Source: Felis catus (lineage: Eukaryota). Taken from it: a stretch of DNA of 64,000 nt. The translations under genes and the position numbers were made by a program. The notes under the pieces are model-generated. The model worked only from the letters and a program-made list of their open reading frames with translations, did no database searches and was not told the origin of the DNA. The stretch lies in NCBI RefSeq assembly GCF_018350175.1, contig NC_058368.1, positions 132,124,001 through 132,188,000 on the forward strand, given 5' to 3'. Positions 54,364 through 64,000 of this stretch are shown piece by piece (positions within the stretch are counted from its first letter, which is position 1; each line of letters starts with the position of its first letter).

Positions 54364-55303
54364 TAAAATATTGTATTTTTCTACAGTAACTGTGTTTAGT
54401 GATGGTAAGGTAGGGTAGGGGATACACATATTGCATTTATTTGAAATAATACTATCCCTGGAGCGAATTTCTATTATTCATTAGTTATTAACAGTAATTT
54501 CTTCTATGGAAAGTGTCTAACTTAACACACCAAATTCCTACTATGTCTAAGGCATGGTTTTTCATTATCATAGGAGGGCAAACTAGTCAAGGGACAAGTC
54601 TTGACTTCAATGAGATTACATTAGAATGGGGAGAATAAGGCAAGAACCAATATGATTATATTATGGAAAATACCTTATCTAATAAAATAATGCATTTTCA
54701 GGTCTAATAGTGTTAGTTTTACAGCCTCCCTATTTTGTTATATTGTTGTCTGATTTCTCTTCCTCTGATCTTCACTGATATTAAGCACTCTTTTCATAGC
54801 CACAGGTCTATAATTTTGTCCCTTTTCACTTTATCTTCTTATTATACCTATTTGTGAGTTCTAAGTAGTTTAGGGAAATAACCTAAAGTAAGTTTTCACT
54901 CTCCTTTGTAAAATGAGACCATCAAATTAGGTCATTTCTAATGTTTGCTCCACATCCAAAATTCTACGAAAATTGTCTCCTCTTTTCTTCGTCCCCAATT
55001 CAATTGTTTAATTTTATTCCCTTTTAGGTCCACTCTGCCCCATATTCTACAGAATATTAAGTCTGGGAAACAGGCATTTGTTAGATTCCTTTATTTGTGT
55101 AGTCTTGTTTCAGTGCTTGAGTTCTCACCAGTAGACATATACATCGGAAGGGGCAGACATGTCAGGAGGCAGAACACTAACTAGAAATAGAAACTTGTGA
55201 CAGGCAAGCTTCCTATGAAGAACTGACTCATGTTATACTAAAAAGAAATCTCTGTGATCCGTAGGATTTATTTTTGATATTTTATTACAAATTTTAGAGA
55301 AAA

Positions 55304-55510
55304 GGGGCACGTGGGTGGCTCAGTCTTAAGCGCCAACTTTGGCTCAGGTCGTGATCTTGCAGTTCGTGGGTTTGAGCCCCAAGTCAGGCTCTGTGCTAAC
55401 AGTTCAGAGCCTGGAGCCTGCTTCAGATTCTGTTGTCTCCCTCTCTCTCTGCCCTTCCCCCACTCATGCTCTGTCTCGCTCTCAAAAATAAATAAAAACA
55501 TTTAAAAAAA
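55304..55510 (+). mobile_element. SINEC; TSD AAATTTTAGAGAAA
   Basis: Full body and direct repeats. Confidence 0.9.
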
Positions 55511-55611
55511 TTTTAGAGAAATGATGTTGATAGTCCAAGAAGACCTGGAGCTTCTCCTACACACTCTGAGGATTTACTACCAACAGAGAAGATTTTCTTT
55601 TACTATTATTT

Positions 55612-55711
55612 TTTCAAAGATTTTATTTTCAAGTAATCTCTTCACCCAATATGGTGATCAAACTTAAAACCCCAAGATCAAGAGTTCACATGCTCTACCA
55701 ACTGAGCCAGG
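55612..55711 (-). mobile_element. Short-form SINEC, head truncated
   Basis: aagatcaagagttcacatgctctaccaactgagccag. Confidence 0.75.
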
Positions 55712-57508
55712 CTTTTAAAGACTTTCTTTTAATTATATATAGCACCTCTTTCTTTCTTAGAACCAAAGAGTAAATATTTCAGATTTCAGTTATAAAAAAG
55801 CTATATAGCTTTTAAACTATTTATTTCCTCAAGTAAAGAAAAAATGGGAATAGTAATATCAGAATCAATAGTAATATTAACAGAATAAAATTGAGATGAT
55901 GATGTTTACCAGTAAAAAATGCTTAATTTTTTTCAAAAGCATTTTATGCATAATACCTTGTAAAGATGTATAATATTATGACTGTTAAAAATGTTATTTT
56001 GGACAGAATTTTTGTGAAGTGAAACATAACCTGTGACACACAAATCACTAATACAATAGGAATGTACTTCAACTTTGCTTTCAGCCTTACCCAAGTTTTT
56101 CAGTGAGCTAACATGTATGCAGGTCCGATCATGTTAGGGAAGAATATAATCTCTAAAGCAATAGAAATGAGATGAAATAAGAAAGAAAAGAGTACTAGGG
56201 AAAATGTTTTGTGTTAGCAGAGACTTCCTGCCTTCAGTTATACATCGTAACATAAGAGAAAATGTGGCGTAAACAATAAAAACTGTCAGGTTATCAAATT
56301 AACTTTTATATGTAAGACTTTTTACATGAAATTGGAAATTTTAAATAATATTAAAAATACACAGAAGAATTAAAAAACAATTTTAAGTGTATTATATAGG
56401 GGAAGCCATATGCTTAAGTAAAAAGATAAATAGAAATTATTATTATAGATAAATAAATGAGCAAACATATTAACTTCCAGAACTGTGAACCAAGCAAGAG
56501 CATAAGTTTGTCTAGAGAAGTTACTCTTCTTAAGGGCAATGCTATATGAGAACCAAGCCAGGTGCAATTGATAGCTATAGAGCCTAGGCTTTCAGGAGCT
56601 GTGAAGTTCACAGATGCCCTGCAATGATGCCTGGTACACCTAAGCCCATATATTATAGGGTACTCTTCCTTCCCGACATTGAAAATGACCTAAAAGAAGG
56701 GGATGGCGGGAGAAAGTGAATAGGGGAAAGCCATGGTCAATGCAATGATAGACTACTGTCTAGTCCCACAAGTATTTTATATTTCAAAGACCAAAGAGAA
56801 AATTTGGGAACAATAAACAGCTGAATGCACATCTTTATTATTTCTAAACTCAAGTCACTTTTTACAAGGGGCTTGTATTATTAAAAATATCACCGTGATC
56901 TATTTTATGTCTAAGTTGGTATATACGGAAATCAAACATAAAATCACTCTCATAGTTTCAAACAATAGTACATTGTGTAACTTCACACAGAAATGATCTT
57001 TTATAGGGAATTTTTCTCAAAAACTAATTATATAACTACATTTCTTAAAAGGGAAATAAAATGGCAATGAATAAAGTGCTTTTAATTATTCAAACTAAAA
57101 TTTCCATCTGTTATCTTTTACTTAACTCTGAAAGTGACTTTTGGATGGTAAATCCCAAACCAAAAAGAAGCAAACTCAGTTAAAAGATTCAATTTCTTAA
57201 TGTCCTTCATACTTAATTTCAATCTCAAGTCTACTTTGTATCTTGAGAAACAACTGGATTTTGCTTTCCTCTCTGCTCCATTTTGGGACTTCTCCACTCT
57301 AAGTTTGTGTCAAAGTTACAGCGTAGATGTCCTTTATAAGCTTTAACACATATTAGTTATTATTATGATGATGTCTAAAAAAGTCAATGCTGGAAATACT
57401 TGTTTGTTTGAGGCACATTCTGTTAGCTCACTAATACTCTGAATTGGCCATTATTAGTTTATGTTAAAATGTTAAAAATGTTAACATGTTAAAAATGTTT
57501 GGTATGTT

Positions 57509-57607
57509 GGGGTGCCTGGCTGGCTCAGCCAGTAGGGCATGTGACTCTTTTTTTTTTTTTTTAGAGAGAGCATGAGCAGGGGAGTGAGGGAGAGGGAGAG
57601 GGGGAGG

Positions 57608-57657
<50 letters not shown>

Positions 57658-58060
57658 CCCAATCCCAAGCAGGCTCCATGCTCAGGGCAGAGCCTGCCAC
57701 TGGGCTCAATCCCATAGCCGTGAGATCGTGCCCCGAACCAATATCAAGAGCCTGGTGCTCAACCAAATGAGCCACCCAGGCACTCCGAACATGTGACTCT
57801 TGATCTGAGGGTTGTGAGTTCGAACCCCATGTTGGGGGTAGGGATTACTTAAAAACAATTTTTTTAAGGTTATTTATTTTATTTTGAGACAGAGAGGGCA
57901 CGGAGCTGAGGATGGACAGAGAGAGAATCCCAAGCAGATTCTGCACTGTCAAAACTCACCAACCAGAGATCATGACCTGAGCTAAAATCAAGAGCTGGAT
58001 GAGTTGGACATTCAACCGAGTGAGCCACCCAGGCACCCCTAAAAATAAAATCTTAAAAAG
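57509..58060. mobile_element. Nested SINECs: + short-form host interrupted by - copies at ~57549-57787 and ~57860-58039
   Basis: TSD CATGTGACTCT at 57538-57548 and 57790-57800 splits the host head. Confidence 0.85.
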
Positions 58061-58528
58061 AAAAGTTAGGCATCCTAGAATTAGCAAAGAAATTAAAAGA
58101 ACATCGCTGAAAATGTAAAGCATTTATCTGTTTGGTGCTATGAGAGCTGTTCTCTTTTAGTCAGGTATGAGTATTAGCATAAATATTGTATTATATATTT
58201 TTTTAATAATTACTTTTTAAAGACAATTTAAAAATTATTGTTATAATGGAATTAGTATACTTTTAAGGGCACCTTTTGCTTGCGTTGTGCCATTTTTGAA
58301 AATGAAATATATAACATGAACACATAGTGCTTACATAGAAACAATGTAGAAATATCCAACTTTTTAAAGAGGCCAAGGCAAATCTGCATGATTAAATAAA
58401 CTTGAAAAGTCTGTCATTAATAAATGGAATAGTGTAGATTTTTACATAAACTTGTTAAGTAGTAGATTGCAAAGACGAATTTGCTATAGGGTCTTTTTAA
58501 ATATTTAGGTGTGTTCTTTTTAAAATTT

Positions 58529-58530
58529 TT

Positions 58531-58590
<60 letters not shown>

Positions 58591-58592
58591 TC

Positions 58593-58657
<65 letters not shown>
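58529..58657. repeat. (TTTC)n microsatellite, ~130 bp with one interruption
   Basis: Direct reading. Confidence 0.95.
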
Positions 58658-58658
<1 letters not shown>

Positions 58659-58960
58659 GCTTTAATCACCTACCAATCTTGATCTGAACTAACAGAGATA
58701 GAGAAAGGAAACATATTCAGGACATATCAGAAGGAAAAAATACAGTTAGGAAGGAAAATTTTACACAGCATTCAAGACCTCTAGTTCCTTAACTGGAAGT
58801 ACGAAAGAGGCTCTAATTTTAAACAGTGAACATCATCATACCCTGAATAAGGAGTTTACATGCATTTTTTTTCTTTCATAAAATGAAATTCAACTCATTT
58901 GGAAGGATGGGAGATGACTAATTTTTATCCACTTTAATTACACTAAATTTTAACCTAAAT

Positions 58961-59218
58961 CAAGAGTTCTCAAACTTTCTTGGTTCATGATACCAACGTG
59001 TCAGTAATTTTTTCACAACCCTAACCCTCCTATGCAGAAAAAGAAAAATCTAAGAGTTTTATTTATTAAGTAGTTAGGTCCAAACAACTTAGTAATAATC
59101 AGTGTGGTATATGCCCGATGTCACTGTGTTACCATTTTAAAATATACAATATTTTGCTGTGCCTTTTGTGAGTCTGCTGCAGTGTTCTGGGCACCATAGC
59201 GCAGTTTGAAAAATATGG
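58961..59218. mobile_element. hAT-Charlie-like DNA transposon remnant
   Basis: Termini caagagttctcaaact... and ...gcagtttgaaaaatatg. Confidence 0.45.
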
Positions 59219-59422
59219 GCCTACATCAGGAAAATACAAAATAGTAGTGGTTGGAAACTATGTAAAGCATCTGAAAAATATTAAGGAGTAGAAACCAGGT
59301 CCTATATGTGTAAGAATTCAGATGAATTAGGTGAAATCATAAAAAAAGGTCAATTAAAAAAACTGTTCTAGTGAGAAAGAAGAAACATATAGAATATTTT
59401 CTAAGTCTATATGCTACTCATG

Positions 59423-59435
59423 CACACACACATAC

Positions 59436-59488
<53 letters not shown>
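59423..59488. repeat. (CA)n microsatellite
   Basis: Direct reading. Confidence 0.95.
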
Positions 59489-59489
<1 letters not shown>

Positions 59490-60536
59490 CTTAAGATGAC
59501 ATCCAGGGAAGAAAAAGAAAAATAAATAAAATAAGCATGAAGCATACAAGAAAATTTGATTAGGCTATGTAAATGTAAAAGAAAAATAATGGTAAAATTT
59601 TAAATGGTCAATAACAATTGACCAGAAACATTCCTGAATAACCCCGTAGTACATATATGAAAAATCTCTATTTTGATCTCCAAATAAAATCAAAATTGCC
59701 TATAAAAATAAACCTGTCTCCCTCCACCTCCTCCTCAATCTTAATATAGCTTTAGCTTATCTTTTCTCCCTGACCTGCCTGCCAAGCAGTGTTCAACAAT
59801 GAGATGCCTCTGATTGTCAGCAGAAACTTGACCAAAATGAGTTCTTTGGTATGCAATCTTTGTACTTTCACATAAAGAGAAAGAAAGAAAACCCTAGACA
59901 AACAAATTTAGAGAAAATAGTCAGAAGTGTCAATAGAGCCAATTGGAGGCCAAAGACTGTATATTTAGGGTAAAAATTTAAAATTAATGTAATTAATGTA
60001 AATATTTATGTATTTCTGACTTTTCTTCATATCACAAACAAAGCATTCTTAAGACTTTCTTTTTAACAGAACAGGTGCAAACTTCAATGCAACAATACAG
60101 CATGGACTCTCAGTTAATTGGCTTTGGAGGCTTTGCTTTACAACATAAGGGTTGCTTCAAATAAGAGGGGGGTTAAAGAGACTTTGGGGTAGAAAGAAAA
60201 TGGTTTAAATGATGGGAAATGAGAGCACATCCAGAAATGTAGGGAAGGAAATGATCATGAATACTGTCTGTTGGCATTTTGCAAAGATTCATTCCCTAAT
60301 GAAACAAAAATTCCTGTAACAATAGATGACCTTCTCTAGAACTATGGCACAAGGAGAAAAAAGAATGTTATTGTTTTTCATAAATATTGAGTTAAAACAG
60401 GAGCCATATGCCTCTGACTTATGGGTCTAAATTAAAGTTGGTTGAGTATACAACCACTTATTCACTGTAACTCCATAAGTACCACAAAAATTTCAAATTA
60501 GAGGAAGAACTTCAGAAAACCTACTTAGCACAATTT

Positions 60537-60566
60537 CACTAGATCTTAGCCAAAAGACTGAGAAGC
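60537..60566 (-). pseudogene. U2 snRNA 5' fragment (nt 4-33), 3'-truncated pseudogene
   Basis: Minus strand GCTTCTCAGTCTTTTGGCTAAGATCTAGTG vs U2 GCTTCTCGGCCTTTTGGCTAAGATCAAGTG: 27/30 identical. Confidence 0.85.
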
Positions 60567-61337
60567 ACGGTTGCAGCTAGTTTTAAAAGCATTGATTAGA
60601 TGCTTATAAATGATCCATCAGGTAAAGAAGAAAGCACGTAAATAAACTGAAGAAAAAAAAAAAACCTTTCTAAAGGCATATCCAATCTGATGGCCACACT
60701 AAAGAAAATTATGAAATTAACTGGAATTCTATTACATTTTTACTTTCTCCTCTGATGTCCCATTCTACTTTCCAACCCCAGATACTTATAAATAAATCTC
60801 ATTATGTTTGCATTTAACTAGTAGCTCATTAAAAACAAAGATGTGAGTTAATGCTACTAATGGTATTTGCATCTGAATGTAAATTATTTGAATACTAAAT
60901 AAACTTTCCATCAACCTTAATGGCAGTATTTTTTTTTCTACTAAGACTAAATTTATTTAATACCCTAGTAAAATTTTTAATTTTAAGTATCTAACAGTAT
61001 AAAAAGCACAGAGCAGATTTGTAGATTTCTAATGTGTTAATACAAAGTATATGACTACATACAGTGCAACCTACAGGCAGAGGGGTGGAAGGGGGAAAAA
61101 GAAGACTGTGGTTGAGGTCTAGTAATGAATAAATAAATACAGAAGTAGATATGACTCATATTATAATATATTCTACCACAAATGCTGTACCCAAAATGTG
61201 CAAAATATTTTTTTCAGAATAATGGAAGATGGATGATAATGGCTGGGACTCTTACAATATACCTCAAGGGCTGTGGGAAAGCCAACCCAACCCACTATGT
61301 AGTCTTTGCACATGGTGGCTTGTAGTTTGTTCAATGG

Positions 61338-61552
61338 CAGTATTTCTTAACCTTGGCTGCACATTAGAACTACCTAGGGAGTTTTTGAAAATCTGATGCC
61401 CCAGCCACACTCCTGACAAATTAAATCAGAATTTCTGGGGGCAAGCCTGAACATCAAAATTTTCAGTGCTCTCTAGGTGATTTGAAGGTAGTATATGTGC
61501 TGCCGAAGCGAGCACGGTGATTTGAAGGTAGGACCAAAGTTAAGAACCGTTC
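61338..61552. mobile_element. MER5B-like hAT fossil, interrupted by the U6 fragment
   Basis: ttcttaaccttggctgcacattagaa...aattaaatcagaattt...aggtgatt...aagttaagaacc. Confidence 0.8.
61489..61515 (-). pseudogene. U6 snRNA 5' fragment (nt 1-27), tailless retropseudogene
   Basis: Minus strand reads GTGCTCGCTTCGGCAGCACATATACTA, identical to U6 nt 1-27; 16-bp TSD GGTGATTTGAAGGTAG at 61476-61491 and 61516-61531. Confidence 0.93.
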
Positions 61553-61730
61553 CTTTAGGTAAAGCATTTGAAAAAATAAAACTTCAAACTAGTGAAGGAA
61601 ATTTTTTTGAGTAGGGCTATATCTATCATGTTGCTCTATGGAGGTGGCCAACTGGTGGTAAAGCTCTGTTCAACATAAGGGACCATCTTTATTAAGAGAG
61701 AATGTTACATTTAAATAATCACTAGACACA

Positions 61731-61940
61731 GGTGCCTGGGTGGCTCAGTTGGTTGAACATTGACTTCAGCTCAGATCATGATCTTGTGGCTTGTGAGTTT
61801 GAGCCCCGCATCAGGCTCACTGCTGTTACGCAGAGCAGGCTTCAGATCCTCTGTCCCCCTCACTCTCTGCTCCCCCCACTCCCATTCACACACACTCTTT
61901 CAAAAAATTAAAGAATTAAAATTAAAATTAAAAAAATAAA
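61731..61940 (+). mobile_element. SINEC; TSD AATCACTAGACA
   Basis: Full body and direct repeats. Confidence 0.9.
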
Positions 61941-62254
61941 AATCACTAGACATTCAATTTATAAGTCTTGATTTTGGGAAGTTACTTCACTTGGGTTTTA
62001 TCTATAAAATAGGAATAATAACAGCAATGCCTAGGCTCATGGTGCTGTTGATTATGATCAAATATAACAGGGTCCAGAAAATGTTTTATAAACTATAACA
62101 TTTTATTTATTATTACATGGCTGAGCAGTGGAACCATTTATCATTAAAAAGACTAGCTATAAGGTAGATTACAACTGTAATATGGATTACCACCTCAATG
62201 ATTTGTCACTTTGTTTTAATAAGCATTTACTTCATGAAATCTAAGTATTTGGCT

Positions 62255-62440
62255 CAATGTTTCTCAAAGTATGGTTCCTGAACCAGTAGCACCAGCATCA
62301 GTAGCACCTGGATACTTATTACAAGTGCAAATTCTTGGTGTCTATTCCAGACCTACTGATTCAGAAATTGGAGGTAGAACCTAGCAATCTTGTTTGAACA
62401 AGACATCCAGGTGATTTTGATGTTCAAATCTGAGGACCAC
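62255..62440. mobile_element. MER5A hAT fossil
   Basis: ttctcaaagtatggt...cagcatc...tgcaaattct...ccagacctactgattcagaa...ccaggtgatt. Confidence 0.8.
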
Positions 62441-62612
62441 ATATCCAGCCAAATATTAGGAAAAAGCAAATATGTATGACTAAAATCAAAGAATGAATAC
62501 ATAATATTTGTTATTTTAATCTTTAAAAGCTGTACTGCAAAGATACAGTGGCATAAATTACTACTTTAAAGAAAGCCCCTAAATCTCTGTATTTAAAAAT
62601 AATACAATTCTA

Positions 62613-62731
62613 GGGGCGTCTGGGTGGCTCAGTCAGTTAAACGTCTGACTACAGCTCAGGTCATCATCTCACGGTTCATGAGTTCAAGCCTCACATCAGG
62701 CTCCATGCTGACAACGTGGAGCCTGCTTCAG

Positions 62732-62770
<39 letters not shown>

Positions 62771-62812
62771 GAAAATGAATAAAACATTAATAATAATAAT
62801 GATAATAATAAT
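62613..62812 (+). mobile_element. SINEC with (TAA)n tail; TSD AATA(C/T)AATTCT
   Basis: Head, (CT)n, tail. Confidence 0.9.
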
Positions 62813-63728
62813 AATATAATTCTCTCTACCCAGCCAACTTTATCAACTAACACATTAACATGAATATAATGGTAAGATATAAATTTGAGAATCAGATAAA
62901 TGACAGATTTATCTGTGCAACACTCTGGATAAGGAATAAAGGAACAAAACTCTAGGAGGAGTTAACAGTGGTTCAGAAGATAGTTACGTTTTAATTCAGT
63001 GGACTTGGATTTCTCTCAGGAAAAGTCACAACTGTATCTTAAAAATCACCTTTATCCTGAAGACAACACCCCATAGCATCTCAATGCTCTTATTCAGGCC
63101 AAGGAAGTGTTTCATCATTTACTCAGAGAAAAGACCATTACTTAGACTGAATCACCAGCAATGTTTCCTACAGCATTAGATTTGTCACTGGGTCTGCTAA
63201 GCAACAGAGAAAAACAGTCTCAAAACTTCTTATCTTAAAAGATATCATATGAGAAATCTATCAACATCATTCCCAAATTCAAAGTTTGTCATTTACCACT
63301 AATAAAACATATGCGGGACAGTCATAGGTGAGAACACCAAGAGTCTTGTGAGATTGCAATAGAAAGTTCTTTGAGACCTTTCTTGTTTAATCTTTTTTTC
63401 CATTTTTAAAGGTTTTGGTGTCCTCAAGACACCCAACACCACCCTAGAAAGATCAGAGTGAAACATCCCAATTAAGAACTGCCACCTCCTAAGAAAATTA
63501 ACAATTCCAAACTCTCATTTCCTACACTGGAGAAAACTAGCACGAATAAATAATTGCCAGAATAATTAGTTCCTTTTGCTCATCCACTCATCTACAAACC
63601 TTTCTTGACTGCCTAGCATATTCCAGATAGTATTCTAGGTGCCAAATGAGTCTAGAGAGATGCACAGATGTCAGTGAGGGAGGAAGAGATTCTATGTGTC
63701 TAGGATTCAGTTTCTCAGTCAACCAAAT

Positions 63729-63914
63729 CAGTAGTACTCAAACTCTAGCAAGCATCACAATCACCTGGAGAGCTTGTTAAAACATAGACTGTGGAGGCCA
63801 ATTCAGAGTTTCTATTCAGTAGGTCTGAGGTGGGCCCCCCAAATTAGCACTTTCTAATAAATTCTCAGATGATGTTGATGCTGCTGGTCCAGCAACCACA
63901 CTTTGAGAACCACT
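63729..63914. mobile_element. MER5A hAT fossil, opposite orientation to the 62255 copy
   Basis: aatcacctggagagcttgttaaaac...ttcagtaggtctg...gatgctgctggtcc...ccacactttgagaaccact. Confidence 0.85.
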
Positions 63915-64000
63915 TACCAAGCAAGACAAATGGCAGCTCTTCACACTATCCCTGCCAACAAGTACTGTACGTGTCTCTTCCAAAGAAGGCAATGGCCTCA

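Noticed and set aside
61476..61531. Repeat-spacer-repeat arrangement superficially like a CRISPR unit
   Set aside because: Eukaryotic DNA, only two repeats, spacer is U6; explained as a target-site duplication.

Overview
Mammalian, almost certainly felid (cat-like) genomic DNA, judged by dense SINEC/Can-SINE copies including a near-consensus Felis-type copy. The minus strand carries the 3' end of ADAMTS6: five coding exons (48739-48610, 38716-38512, 29372-29196, 26755-26599, 13286-13177). They have canonical GT-AG sites and compatible phases, and encode C-terminal thrombospondin type-1 repeats plus the PLAC domain, ending ...[10 protein letters not shown] roughly 3 kb 3' UTR runs to about 10130, and 1-10100 is downstream intergenic sequence. 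The rest is intron filled with SINEC, MIR, L1/L2, MLT1-like LTRs, hAT/Tc2 DNA transposon fossils and microsatellites. I see no evidence of a new protein-coding gene or multi-gene system. The most interesting items are small RNA-templated or repair-templated insertions: (1) a 335-bp orphan polyadenylated retrocopy with a perfect TSD in the last intron, in sense orientation; (2) a young tailless U6 5' fragment with a 16-bp TSD, about 0.9 kb from an older U2 5' fragment; (3) a SINE whose head was rebuilt by two nested snap-back copies; (4) a ~60-bp local dispersed duplication. Repeat family names and boundaries come from recall of consensus sequences and are approximate.
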